A stretch of DNA of 64,000 bases, taken from Candidatus Kaiserbacteria bacterium (GTDB taxonomy: Bacteria > Patescibacteriota > Minisyncoccia > Phycocordibacterales > UBA2100). The notes under the pieces are model-generated. The model was not told where the DNA came from and did not search any database. It worked only from the letters and a program-made list of their open reading frames with translations. The stretch covers positions 110,386-174,385 of the forward strand of contig JACPLD010000002.1 of the NCBI GenBank assembly GCA_016186765.1. The letters run 5' to 3'. Within the stretch, counting starts at the first letter, position 1. Every line of letters starts with the position of its first letter. The position numbers and the translations under genes are program-made. This document shows positions 18,654 to 28,894 of the stretch, piece by piece.

Positions 18654-19246
18654 GTATGAAAAACAAACGAGGCCTCACGATGATCGAAACGGTGGTATGG
18701 ATCGCGGTGTTTATTGCAGCGATGACCGCAGTTGTCGTGACACTCATTTATTTCTACCGCACGAACGCCTACTCGATCGAGCAAGCGAGCGCTGTCACTT
18801 CGGCGCAGCGCGGGCTCGAGCAAATCGTGCGTACGATCCGCGAGGGCGCCTATTCAAGCGAGGGCGCCTTTCCGATAGTTTCGATCGCTGCGAACGATTT
18901 CATCTTTTACGCCGACATCGATGAGGACACGCTCATCGAGCGTGTGCACTACTACATTTCGGGTACTAATCTCGTGCGCGGAGTAATCGAGCCGACGGGA
19001 AATCCGCCGGCGTACACAGCTCTCGAGGCAACCTCTACGATCGCTGAGTATGTCCGCAATGCTGAGCAAGGAATCACGACATTCCGCTACTATGACGAGC
19101 TCGGCAGTGAGATCACAAACTACGCGAACTGGACAGCCGTGCGTTTTGTGAAAGTGACGCTCACGATCGATGTGAATACTGCGAAACTTCCTGATCGAGT
19201 GACGTTTGAGTCTTCGGCAGCGATCCGCAACCTCATCGGCAAATGA
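18650..19246 (+). CDS. Minor pilin / pseudopilin
   Basis: KRG/LTMIETVV prepilin motif with Glu at +5. Confidence 0.85.
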   Translation: MSMKNKRGLTMIETVVWIAVFIAAMTAVVVTLIYFYRTNAYSIEQASAVTSAQRGLEQIVRTIREGAYSSEGAFPIVSIAANDFIFYADIDEDTLIERVHYYISGTNLVRGVIEPTGNPPAYTALEATSTIAEYVRNAEQGITTFRYYDELGSEITNYANWTAVRFVKVTLTIDVNTAKLPDRVTFESSAAIRNLIGK

Positions 19247-19249
19247 AGT

Positions 19250-20752
19250 ATGGAGTATAGAGTATGGAGTATGGAGGATGAGAAAGCGAGTGAATTTTCC
19301 CTCTATAGCCTATACGCCATACGCGATACGCTTGGCCTCGCGAAGCCGCGCGCGGCTTCGCGAGGCGTCACTGTTTTCCTCATTCTCGGTTTTATGGGAG
19401 TCTTCGCCATCATTCTTGGAACCATCTCGAGCTACGTGCTCACCCAAGGGCGCTACGGTCGCGCACTCTACGCGCGCGAGGTTGCCCTCAACGTCGCGGA
19501 GTCCGGCCTCGAGTACTACCGCTGGTTCCTCGCACACAACCCCTCGATCATGGATAGCGGTATAGGGCTCGTAAGTCCGTACACCTATGCCGTGAACGAC
19601 CCCGAGGGCGGCTCACTCGGCTCTGCCGAAGTAACGGCATCGGTAAATCTCCAGTGCGGAGCCGTACAGTGGGCGGATATTGTTTCAAAGGGAACCGCGA
19701 GTGCCGATCCCGTCTTACCGCGCACACTGTCCGTGCGATACATGCAGCCTTCTGTTGCGGAATATTCGTATGTGGTGAACACGAACGTGTGGGCGGGCTC
19801 GAGCAGAACCATTCGTGGCCCATACCACGGGAACGGTGGCGTTAGAATGGATGCAACCCACAATGCCGACGTGACGAGTGCCGTTTCGACATGGAACTGC
19901 ACGTCGAGCTACAACTGCAACCCGTCGCAACCAAATGCGCCGGGAGTCGTCGGCACGGGCTCGAATCCCGCACTCTGGACGTATCCCGTTCCAAACATCA
20001 ACTTCGCCGCGATCGCGATCGATTTCACGGATCTCCAGACAAAAGCACAGACGCAAGGCGGCATCTACTACGGCCCTGCAAGCGGCAGTGTGAACAACCG
20101 CGGCTACCATCTCATTTTTAATGCAGCAGGCACGGTGACGATATACCGAGTGACGGAGACTGACGGCTTCGACAGCTACTCGACTCAGTACAACTGGGGA
20201 ACGGAGTACAGCGAGATCGACAACCAGACCTTGCTCGGGACATTTGCTATACCCTCAAGCTGCAGCCTCATGTTCTTCCAAGATCGGGTGTGGGTAGAAG
20301 GTACCGTCAATGGGAAGGTCACCGTTGTCGCAGCAACGCCTTCCGACGGCGCTACGGCGCCGGACGCGTATCTCAATAACAATATTCTTTACGCCGCCTA
20401 CGATGGCACCGATGGGCTCACGATCGTCGCCGAGCGAAATGTCCTCATACCGCTTGTCGTGCCCAATGTCATGGAGATCCATGGCATCTTTATCGCGCAA
20501 AGCGGGCACTACGGTCGCGACTACTTCTCGACGAGCGATCTTTCTTCGCAGTACGATCCGTACGTGACGCGCAGTCAGCTCACGACGGTGGGCACTGTCG
20601 TTTCAAACGGACGCACGGGCACCGCATGGAGCGACGGCACCGGATTCACGACGCGTCTCGATTACTATGACCAGCAGCTCGCCTTCTCACCGCCACCCTT
20701 TACGCCGGTTGCCTCAACTGACTACAAATACGCGCTGTGGCGCGAGCAATGA
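19250..20752 (+). CDS. PilX-like minor pilin (start uncertain)
   Basis: SRG/VTVFLIL helix without Glu+5, ALNVAESGLEYYRW PilX-type motif. Confidence 0.75.
   Translation: MEYRVWSMEDEKASEFSLYSLYAIRDTLGLAKPRAASRGVTVFLILGFMGVFAIILGTISSYVLTQGRYGRALYAREVALNVAESGLEYYRWFLAHNPSIMDSGIGLVSPYTYAVNDPEGGSLGSAEVTASVNLQCGAVQWADIVSKGTASADPVLPRTLSVRYMQPSVAEYSYVVNTNVWAGSSRTIRGPYHGNGGVRMDATHNADVTSAVSTWNCTSSYNCNPSQPNAPGVVGTGSNPALWTYPVPNINFAAIAIDFTDLQTKAQTQGGIYYGPASGSVNNRGYHLIFNAAGTVTIYRVTETDGFDSYSTQYNWGTEYSEIDNQTLLGTFAIPSSCSLMFFQDRVWVEGTVNGKVTVVAATPSDGATAPDAYLNNNILYAAYDGTDGLTIVAERNVLIPLVVPNVMEIHGIFIAQSGHYGRDYFSTSDLSSQYDPYVTRSQLTTVGTVVSNGRTGTAWSDGTGFTTRLDYYDQQLAFSPPPFTPVASTDYKYALWREQ
19335..19366. repeat. Perfect 32-bp palindrome in the PilX-like leader
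   Basis: GCCTCGCGAAGCCGCGCGCGGCTTCGCGAGGC equals its own reverse complement. Confidence 0.85.
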
Positions 20753-20789
20753 CGCTCGCTTGAGAGTTAAGGAGTGGTACAATCCGCGC

Positions 20790-21584
20790 ATGAAATCTAT
20801 CGTCGTCGCGAATTGGAAAATGAACCCCGCCTCTTTCAGAGAGGCGAAAAAGTTATTTGATGCGGAACGAAAAGCTGCGGAGAAGGCCCGTGGCGTGAGC
20901 GTTGTCGTTGCGCCACCCGCGATTTTTTTGCGTGAGCTATCTTCCCTGTATCGTGGCTCAAAGATTGCCTTTTCGGCGCAAAACGCGCACTTCGACGTGG
21001 ATGGCGCGCACACCGGCGAGATCTCGCTTTTGCAGGTAAAAGACGCGCGCGCAAAATTTGTTTTGGTAGGCCATGCCGAGCGGAGAGCGGAAGGCGAGAC
21101 AGATGATGACACTCGAAAGAAAGTGGCAGCGGCGCTTTCGCTGAAACTCGCGCCGATTCTTTGTGTTGGGGAAGCGCGTCGCACCGATGAAGGGGAACAG
21201 TTTGAGGCAGTGCGCGAGCAGTTGAGAGCAGGCCTTGCCGATGTTGCCGCCTCCGCTCTCTCGCGCGTGCTTCTCGTGTACGAGCCGCTCTGGACGATCG
21301 GGAAAGAGGAGACAATGGATCCCCACGAGATGCATCAGATGGCGATATTCATGCGCAAGTGTGTCGTGGAATCGCATGGCGAAGCGGGCCTCCGCCACGC
21401 CAAAGCGGGCTCCGGCCTCGCGCAGGCGGGCCGCAACATGAAGATCCTCTACGGCGGCTCGATCGAGGAGAGGAACGCCGCCGCGATGCTTCGCGACGGC
21501 GACATTCACGGCTTCCTCGTCGGCCGCGCGAGCGCGAATGCTATCGAATTCGCAAAACTCCTTCGCGCCATCGAAATAGCATGA
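20790..21584 (+). CDS. tpiA: Triosephosphate isomerase
   Basis: ANWKMN, GHAERR, YEPLWTIG, LYGGS, GFLVGRAS. Confidence 0.96.
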   Translation: MKSIVVANWKMNPASFREAKKLFDAERKAAEKARGVSVVVAPPAIFLRELSSLYRGSKIAFSAQNAHFDVDGAHTGEISLLQVKDARAKFVLVGHAERRAEGETDDDTRKKVAAALSLKLAPILCVGEARRTDEGEQFEAVREQLRAGLADVAASALSRVLLVYEPLWTIGKEETMDPHEMHQMAIFMRKCVVESHGEAGLRHAKAGSGLAQAGRNMKILYGGSIEERNAAAMLRDGDIHGFLVGRASANAIEFAKLLRAIEIA

Positions 21585-22708
21585 AATGCATTGATGAGGT
21601 GCCGGATTCAGAGCTCAAAGGAAAGCGCGTGCTCGTGCGGAGCGATTTCAACGTGCCGATAGGGAAAGGCGGAGAAGTTGCCGATCGATACCGTATTGAG
21701 CGGGGCTGGAAGACGCTGCAATACTTGCGAAAGCGCGGTGCAAAGGTTGTCATCATTTCACACATCGGACGCGAGAGAGAGGAGAGCCTCGAGCCTGTCG
21801 CGAGAGTGCTCAAAGAGTTCGGTCCCGTTGTCTTTATTGCCGACATCGTCGGACCAGCGGCGCGAGGTGCGGTATCCGCGATGCGCAAAGGCGACATGCT
21901 GATGCTCGAGAATCTTCGGCGCGATCTGCGCGAGACGGAAAACGATCCATCGTTCGCGAAGGAACTCGCCTCGTTTGCGGACATATACGTGGATGATGCT
22001 TTTGCTGCTGCGCATCGCGCGCATGCCTCGATCGTCGGCGTCGCGAAACTGCTTCCTTCCTATGCTGGATTACTCGTCTGCGATGAGGTGCGCGAGATCG
22101 ACGCCGCGCGCGAGCCGGAACATCCTTCTTTTGCGATCCTTGGTGGCGCGAAATTCGAGACGAAGGCGCCCTTGATTAAACTCTTGCTCGAGAAGTATGA
22201 CAACGTGTTCATCACCGGCGCACTTGCCAATGATGTTTTCAAGGCACGCGGACTTCCGGTCGGCCACTCGCTCATCTCAAAGGAGCTTCCGAGCGAGGAT
22301 ATTCATACGAGCCCGCGTTTCCTCGCGCCGATCGACGTGACGGCCGAAGACAAAAGCGGCCACGCGAAGGTAAAGAAGCCCGAAGAGGTTGGTGATGACG
22401 AACGCATTGTTGACGCAGGGCCCGATACCGTCGCGATGCTCGTGCCCTTGATCGCGCAGGCAAAATTTATTCTCTGGAACGGCCCGACCGGCATTTACGA
22501 AGAGGGCTACAACCACTACACGCAGCAGATCGCCGAGCTCGCTGCGGGAAGCAAAGCGAAGATCGTTATTGGCGGAGGAGACACGATCGCCGCGATCGAG
22601 GCAACGGGCGTCCCGAAAGAAAAACTCGGGTTTCTCTCCACCGGCGGCGGCGCTATGCTCGAGTATTTGCTCAAGGGCACGCTTCCTGGCATAGAGGTGC
22701 TGAAGTAA
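21581..22708 (+). CDS. pgk: Phosphoglycerate kinase
   Basis: RSDFNVP, SHIGR, LENLR, AHRAHAS, WNGP.G, GGGDT, STGGGA. Confidence 0.96.
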   Translation: MKCIDEVPDSELKGKRVLVRSDFNVPIGKGGEVADRYRIERGWKTLQYLRKRGAKVVIISHIGREREESLEPVARVLKEFGPVVFIADIVGPAARGAVSAMRKGDMLMLENLRRDLRETENDPSFAKELASFADIYVDDAFAAAHRAHASIVGVAKLLPSYAGLLVCDEVREIDAAREPEHPSFAILGGAKFETKAPLIKLLLEKYDNVFITGALANDVFKARGLPVGHSLISKELPSEDIHTSPRFLAPIDVTAEDKSGHAKVKKPEEVGDDERIVDAGPDTVAMLVPLIAQAKFILWNGPTGIYEEGYNHYTQQIAELAAGSKAKIVIGGGDTIAAIEATGVPKEKLGFLSTGGGAMLEYLLKGTLPGIEVLK

Positions 22709-22745
22709 GGTTGGATCGTTACCAGCGTCAACACTGCTGAAACAT

Positions 22746-23870
22746 ATGAATAGAGCCCGAAATGCAAGTATTGTGGCGTTTTTTGTCCTCGTTCTGATGG
22801 TGGGCTCCGCACAACCGACTTCCGCGCTTACCGTTGCCGAAATGGAAGCCCAGATCCAATCTCTCCTTTCAAGAATTGTGTCTCTCTCAGGTGGCGCTTC
22901 TGTGCAGACAGATGGTTCTGTGGTTGCTTCGCCGGTGGCTCAACATCGTGTCTGCACCGTTTTATATCGCAACCTCTCGCAAGGTGCGCGGGGAGATGAT
23001 GTGCTTGTGCTTCAGGAATTTCTCCGCGCACAGGGGTACTTCTATGCAAATGCAACAGGCTACTTTGGCCCGCTGACAGCGCAGGCGGTCGCCCGCTGGC
23101 AGGCTTCTCAAGGAATTGCCGCAGTGGGTGCGGTGGGACCTCTCACACGCGAACGCATCAGGCTCTGGTGCGGCGGAGGCGGCGGTGGCGGCGGTGGCGT
23201 CATTCCAACGGACCCGTCGGCCGATCCCCGTTGCCGCGCGTGGTACGACGGCTGCAACGACTGCTCGCGCGACTATCCCGGCGGCCCCGCAATGTGCACG
23301 CTTCGGGCATGCATCTGGCAGGCGTCCGCCTACTGCAAAGAGTATTTCGATTCGAGCACGAACAGACCGCCTGTGATCTCATCTTTTTCGGGGCCGACAA
23401 TGTTGAACATCAATCAAACTGGCACGTGGACTATACAAGCAAGCGATCCAGAGAGTGGTCCCTTGAGCTACTCGCTAAGGTGGGGAGACGAATATCTCGT
23501 CGCACCTATGGCAGGGTACGCAGCCGAGGCGTTCGTACAAACAACCACCTTCACTCACGCATACAGCGCAGCTGGCACCTATACGGTCACGGTCATCGTT
23601 CGTGACTCCGCGGGAAAGGAAGCAAAAACCTCAACGACAGTCGCTGTAGGAGTGAGCAAGGACCCGTATTCTTCATGTCCGCAGTACATGCCTGCAGAGT
23701 GCATTGGCGGTACATATGTCTCTCAGGGAGTTGGCGTAGATGGCTGTCCGCTCGCTCCGAAATGTGTTCTGAACAATGTATGCACAGCGGATGCGATGCA
23801 GTGTCCCGACGGCTCGTATGTCGGGCGCACGGGGCCCAGTTGTGAGTTCGTGTGTCCATCCATTTACTAA
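22746..23870 (+). CDS. Secreted protein: peptidoglycan-binding domain, Cys-rich modules and PKD/Ig-like domain
   Basis: Signal peptide; G.DV..LQ.FL...GYFG.LT..AV..WQ; WGD...HAYSAAGTYTVTV; CTADAMQCPDGSYVGR. Confidence 0.85.
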   Translation: MNRARNASIVAFFVLVLMVGSAQPTSALTVAEMEAQIQSLLSRIVSLSGGASVQTDGSVVASPVAQHRVCTVLYRNLSQGARGDDVLVLQEFLRAQGYFYANATGYFGPLTAQAVARWQASQGIAAVGAVGPLTRERIRLWCGGGGGGGGGVIPTDPSADPRCRAWYDGCNDCSRDYPGGPAMCTLRACIWQASAYCKEYFDSSTNRPPVISSFSGPTMLNINQTGTWTIQASDPESGPLSYSLRWGDEYLVAPMAGYAAEAFVQTTTFTHAYSAAGTYTVTVIVRDSAGKEAKTSTTVAVGVSKDPYSSCPQYMPAECIGGTYVSQGVGVDGCPLAPKCVLNNVCTADAMQCPDGSYVGRTGPSCEFVCPSIY

Positions 23871-23929
23871 GCCCACCTATTCATAGTCGCAGCTTGCTCT
23901 TGTAAACCATCACTGGGTATACTTTCAGC

Positions 23930-26749
23930 ATGAGGAAGGCATTTGTCGTGGGTGTCCTTGTATCCCTTTGTTTTGTCGTTGCTCCCTTCACTCACGCGCA
24001 AACGGCGAGTCAGCTGCAAGCCGAAGTCAACGCGCTTCTCCAGCAACTTGCCGCGCTCCAGGCTCAGCTTCAGGCGCAACTTGGCGGCGCGGGCGTCCCT
24101 AGTGTTCTCCCGTCCGGCGTCTATGGTCAATGCCCCTCGCTCAGTCGCGCGCTCCGACAGGGGATGTCGGGTGCTGATGTCACGGCACTGCAGGCATTTC
24201 TCGCGGCAGACCCGCGGATCTATCCGGAAGGGACGATCAGCGGCTATTTCGGTGCCCTGACGCAAGCTGCAGTGCAGCGATTCCAGGCACGCGCCGGCAT
24301 CGTTTCGTCGGGAACTCCTGATACGACCGGCTATGGTTCTATCGGCCCTATGACGCGTGCGGTCATCGCAAAAGTTTGCAGCGGGGCGTATTCACCGATA
24401 CCCGGTACGTCAATTCCCCCACCGATACCGGCTATCCCGCAAGCGCAGTGTTCGTTCGCCGGCACGACGCTTGCGTCCGGAGCCGCGATCCAGATGTATT
24501 CGGTCCCGCAAGCGCCGGTCGGAGCTAGTTGCGCTTCCTACGCGCAAACGCGCCAGTGCATAAACGGAGCGATGTTAGGAAATCCAAGCTTTCAGTACAC
24601 GTCATGCAGCGATACCATCGGACAGGCATGTTTCGTAAACGGAACCATAGTGCCGCACGGCAGCAGCCGCACATTTTATACACAGTCATTGGTGCCTTTC
24701 GGGTCAGCGTGCTCGTCCATCTCCCAACAACGCACCTGCAATAATGGATCGATTTCCGGCTCGAATATTTATCAATACGCATCGTGTTCAACGGCCGCTG
24801 CAAACACCTGTGTGGTGGGCGACACGACAGTCTCCCACGGGACGGGCAGGACGTTTTATCTCAAGAGTCTCGTTCCATACGGCGAGAGCTGCACGACGTC
24901 GGCTAATTCGCAGTTGCGCACCTGCACGAACGGCACGTTGAGCGGGAGCAGTACGTTTGACAAACCGACGTGTTCGGCCGCAACATCGCCGACGTGTGTG
25001 CTCGACGGCAAGAGCGTGAATACCGGAGCTTCGGGCGACTTCTACAATACCCGCACGGTTCCGTACATGTCTGGAACGGCATGCCCGGCGGCCAACAAGC
25101 TCTCGCGCAAATGCACCAATGGGATTTTTGACGGCGACGAGAATTACCAATACGCAACGTGCTCAATATCCCCGCCGTCGTCATGTTCTCTCGCGGGACA
25201 AAACGTTTCTCATAACTCGTCGTATACATTCTTTAGGCAATCGTCCGTGCCGTTCGGAACGACGAACGGCTGTAGTTCAGTGGCGCAATCACGCAAATGC
25301 ACCAATGGCGTATTCAACGGAGAAGACATCTATAATCTGGCAAGCTGCACGGTCGGTGCGGCGAGTGCATGCACCTCACTGGATAACCTCACTATACCCC
25401 ATGGCTCTACGTCGCCGATGTACAACACACCGTCGGTTCCTTTCGGCTCGACGTGCTCGAGAGTAAATCGAACCTGCACGAACGGGAGTCTGGGCACAAC
25501 CAACACAGCCTACGGCTACAAGGTTTGCACGGTAGGGAGCGCGCCAGCGCCCACGTGCGTCTTGCAAGCCGCCAAATCCGTGTACCTCCCGAATCAGCTC
25601 GTAGCGTTTAATTGGACAACTCAAAATGTGATCAGCGGGTCCTTGCTTGGGACAGCGATCCCGAGCGCGAGTCTTGCAAGCGGATCGCGTGCAAATGCGA
25701 TCTCCTACAGCACCGTCGGCGATAAAACGGTAACCATGTCAGTAACTGGTAATCAGTCGACCGCAGGACAGTGTTCAACAATAGTAAAAGTTCAGGATAT
25801 TCTTCCGCCAACTTGCACGCTTACCATCAAAAAATCTACTGCGACGACGGCGGGCAGTGCGGTCACCTTGAATTACGCCGACACCGCGGTTATTACATGG
25901 GCGAGTGCTGGGGCGACGGATTATTCGTCCTCGACTCCTTCTTCTATGTCTGCAACCACAAGCGTTGGTGTTGCAAGCGGCTCAATGACCTTGAAGCCGC
26001 GCGAGCGTTCCTACACATACACATTCAATAATGCGGGTGGCTCGACGCAATGCGCGGTCTCGGTGAACTTCAACCCGCCGACATGCGCGACACCGACGAC
26101 CGACAAGGCGACCTATATCTATGGAGACTCTGCGACGCTGACGTGGTCTAGCACGAACGCAGATTACGCGACCGCAACTTCTTCCGACCATATTTCGCCG
26201 AGTGGGTCTGCCACATTCAATAATTTTATTGGGACCTCACCGTTCACCTTTACTTTCGTCGGGCTTGGAGGGCAGACGAGTTGTTCAAAGACTATTACAA
26301 TTCCGACGCCGATGACGATGAGCGGTCCTTCAAATAACATCTATCAACCCGGCAATGAACTTACAGTTTCGTGGTCCTACCCCGGGGCGGTAAGTACCGC
26401 AGGTGTGTATCTCATGCTTGTTGATACAGCCGGCAACAAAATTGGTACATCGAACATCGTGGCGCAACTTCCATCATCAAGCAGTTACGGATGGGTCGTG
26501 CCAATATCAATCGGCACAACTACGCTCGCGAACGGACAGTATGCTGTTCGCGCCGTCGCCTACACGCCAAAAAGCGCTTGCACGACGAGTGGCTGCGGGA
26601 CGCATACGGTGCTCGCCCGTATGGACAGCAACTTCTTTTCGATTAGCGTTCCGATCGCGACGCTTTTCGCAAATCAATTCGCCGCGGCACTCGCCGCGCT
26701 TGAGGCCGTGCTCCAATCACTTCTCGATCAGTGGGATTTATTGTTTTAA
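23930..26749 (+). CDS. Large secreted protein: peptidoglycan-binding domain, six 4-Cys repeats and Ig-like repeats
   Basis: Signal peptide; DVTALQAFL...GYFGALTQAAVQRFQ; repeated VP(F/Y)G..C...R.C.NG unit. Confidence 0.88.
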   Translation: MRKAFVVGVLVSLCFVVAPFTHAQTASQLQAEVNALLQQLAALQAQLQAQLGGAGVPSVLPSGVYGQCPSLSRALRQGMSGADVTALQAFLAADPRIYPEGTISGYFGALTQAAVQRFQARAGIVSSGTPDTTGYGSIGPMTRAVIAKVCSGAYSPIPGTSIPPPIPAIPQAQCSFAGTTLASGAAIQMYSVPQAPVGASCASYAQTRQCINGAMLGNPSFQYTSCSDTIGQACFVNGTIVPHGSSRTFYTQSLVPFGSACSSISQQRTCNNGSISGSNIYQYASCSTAAANTCVVGDTTVSHGTGRTFYLKSLVPYGESCTTSANSQLRTCTNGTLSGSSTFDKPTCSAATSPTCVLDGKSVNTGASGDFYNTRTVPYMSGTACPAANKLSRKCTNGIFDGDENYQYATCSISPPSSCSLAGQNVSHNSSYTFFRQSSVPFGTTNGCSSVAQSRKCTNGVFNGEDIYNLASCTVGAASACTSLDNLTIPHGSTSPMYNTPSVPFGSTCSRVNRTCTNGSLGTTNTAYGYKVCTVGSAPAPTCVLQAAKSVYLPNQLVAFNWTTQNVISGSLLGTAIPSASLASGSRANAISYSTVGDKTVTMSVTGNQSTAGQCSTIVKVQDILPPTCTLTIKKSTATTAGSAVTLNYADTAVITWASAGATDYSSSTPSSMSATTSVGVASGSMTLKPRERSYTYTFNNAGGSTQCAVSVNFNPPTCATPTTDKATYIYGDSATLTWSSTNADYATATSSDHISPSGSATFNNFIGTSPFTFTFVGLGGQTSCSKTITIPTPMTMSGPSNNIYQPGNELTVSWSYPGAVSTAGVYLMLVDTAGNKIGTSNIVAQLPSSSSYGWVVPISIGTTTLANGQYAVRAVAYTPKSACTTSGCGTHTVLARMDSNFFSISVPIATLFANQFAAALAALEAVLQSLLDQWDLLF

Positions 26750-27151
26750 GGCGTCCCGGATTTTTTGAGCCGATTCTTCCGCCTCTCTTTCTTTGTAGGT
26801 CCTTTGCGGCATGAGCTTGAGGCCGTCGCCTTTGAAGCGCGGAATAATATGCACGTGCGGGTGATGCACGACTTGCCCCGCATGCTCGCGGTTGTTCATT
26901 GCGATGTTGACGCCGTCTGCGGCAATGCCCTTTTCTATTGCAATCGTAAGTTTCCGTACGGTTTCTGAAACGGCTGCCCAATCCTCGGGAGAGATATCGA
27001 AAATGTTGTTCGCGTGCGTTTTCGGAACGACAAGCGTATGGCCGGCATTGACTGGACGGATGTCGAGGAACGCGATGGTTTTGTCATCCTCGTAGACTTT
27101 GTAGCTTGGCAGCTCGCCGCGGACGATCTTGCAGAAGATACAGTCAGGCAT
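26738..27151 (-). CDS. HIT family hydrolase
   Basis: CIFCKI, GHTLVVPK, HPHVHIIPR histidine triad. Confidence 0.95.
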   Translation of the reverse strand: MPDCIFCKIVRGELPSYKVYEDDKTIAFLDIRPVNAGHTLVVPKTHANNIFDISPEDWAAVSETVRKLTIAIEKGIAADGVNIAMNNREHAGQVVHHPHVHIIPRFKGDGLKLMPQRTYKEREAEESAQKIRDALKQ

Positions 27152-27198
27152 ATGTGAAGTATGGAGTATGAAGTATGGAGTATCAAGCATGAGATACA

Positions 27199-28875
27199 AT
27201 GGAGCCGATGCAACTTTCAGAACTCGTAAGGTCGCTTCTCGAAAAACGAGGTATCACGGATCCCGCCAGTATTTCAACGTTTCTCAATCCCGATTATGAA
27301 CGTGATACGCACTCACCGTTTCTGCTTGCGGGGATGGAGCGGACGGTTGCCCGTGTTCTCTCTGCTATTCGCAACGGCGAGCGAATAGCGATCTATGCGG
27401 ATTTCGATTGTGACGGCATCCCGGGTGCGGCGCTTATCTCGGATTTTTTCAAAAAGGTAGGATACTCGAATTTCGAGGTATACATCCCGCACCGCGACCG
27501 CGAGGGCTACGGGTTTCATACAGAGGCGATTGAGGAACTCACGCAAAGCGGTGTCTCCCTCATTATCACGGTCGATGTCGGGACGAATGCACTAGAAAGT
27601 GTTTCATTTGCAAAAGAGAAAGGTATCGATGTGATTGTTACCGATCACCATGAGCCGACGGGAGCGCTGCCAGATTGCATTGCAGTGCTCAACCCGAAAT
27701 TAGGCGAGTACCCATTTCGTGATCTCTGCGGTGCAGGGGTTGCTTTCAAGCTTGTTCAAGCACTCCTCCTCGAGGGAAAGAAACAGGGGCTCGAAGCTTT
27801 TGTGAAGGTTCCCGACGGCTGGGAGAAATGGCTTTTGGATCTCGTGGCGATCGCAACGGTCGCGGATCTCGTGCCGCTCGTCGGCGAAAATCGAACACTC
27901 GTGCACTTCGGTCTCAAAGTGCTTCGCAAATCGCCGCGAGCCGGGATCTCTGCGCTCTGCAATGCGCTCCGTATGCGAAAGAGCGACCTCACGGAGGAAG
28001 TGATCGCGTTCTCGATCGCGCCGCGCATTAATGCCGCTTCGCGTATGGACGAGCCCGAGTTTGCCTTCAGACTTCTTGTCACGACCGATCACCGCGAAGC
28101 GGAGAGAATCACGGCGCACCTCGAGGAGCTGAACGCTCGGAGAAAAACAGCAGTGGCGAGTGTTGTGAAGGCAGCAAAGCGCACGGCACGAACACGCTTT
28201 CGCTCCGACGAGCGCATTATCGTTCTGGGCTCTCCGGAGTGGAAACCGGCGTTATTGGGTCTTGCCGCGAATTCACTTGTGGAGGAGCGCGGGGGCGTTG
28301 TATGTCTCTGGGGGCGTGATGCAAGGGGGCGCATCAAGGGTTCGTGCCGCTCTGACGGCTCCATCTCGGTCGTGCAACTTTTCTCGAATGCACGGGACGC
28401 GTTCATCGAATTTGGTGGGCACGAGAGATCTGGGGGCTTTACGATTTCACATGAGCGCATACACACGCTCCACGAATCGCTCGCATCCGCAAGCAGCGCG
28501 CTCGCAGAGGCTCCACGTATGGAGGAGCAAACACATGATGCGCTCATTTCACTCCCCGAACTCACTGGATCGCTCTTTGAAGAAGTTTCGAAGCTCGCGC
28601 CATTCGGCGTCGGCAATCCAAAACCGCGTTTTCTCGTTTCTTCCATCACTGTTTCCTCTGTGCGCAAGTTTGGCCGCGAGAGCAACCATGTTGAGGTTCT
28701 TGTTTCATGTGAGCGGACCGGTATTTCCGCGCGAGCGTTCGATTTCTTCAATTCACCTGAAGATTTTATGCACGTTCCCAAGATCGGGAACTCCGTGCGT
28801 CTCCTCGCCACGGTAGAGAAAGACAATTTTCGTGGTGGCATTGCGCTCAGGCTCGTGGATGTTCTCGGTGCCTAG
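27199..28875 (+). CDS. recJ: Single-stranded DNA exonuclease RecJ
   Basis: DFDCDG, TVDVG, TDHH, ATVAD, PRINA, GGH motifs. Confidence 0.95.
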   Translation: MEPMQLSELVRSLLEKRGITDPASISTFLNPDYERDTHSPFLLAGMERTVARVLSAIRNGERIAIYADFDCDGIPGAALISDFFKKVGYSNFEVYIPHRDREGYGFHTEAIEELTQSGVSLIITVDVGTNALESVSFAKEKGIDVIVTDHHEPTGALPDCIAVLNPKLGEYPFRDLCGAGVAFKLVQALLLEGKKQGLEAFVKVPDGWEKWLLDLVAIATVADLVPLVGENRTLVHFGLKVLRKSPRAGISALCNALRMRKSDLTEEVIAFSIAPRINAASRMDEPEFAFRLLVTTDHREAERITAHLEELNARRKTAVASVVKAAKRTARTRFRSDERIIVLGSPEWKPALLGLAANSLVEERGGVVCLWGRDARGRIKGSCRSDGSISVVQLFSNARDAFIEFGGHERSGGFTISHERIHTLHESLASASSALAEAPRMEEQTHDALISLPELTGSLFEEVSKLAPFGVGNPKPRFLVSSITVSSVRKFGRESNHVEVLVSCERTGISARAFDFFNSPEDFMHVPKIGNSVRLLATVEKDNFRGGIALRLVDVLGA

Positions 28876-28894
28876 GCATGATACGATTAAATGC

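Noticed and set aside
19245-19331. Repeats as a CRISPR array
   Set aside because: Short degenerate heptamers with no spacers; no cas genes anywhere in the window
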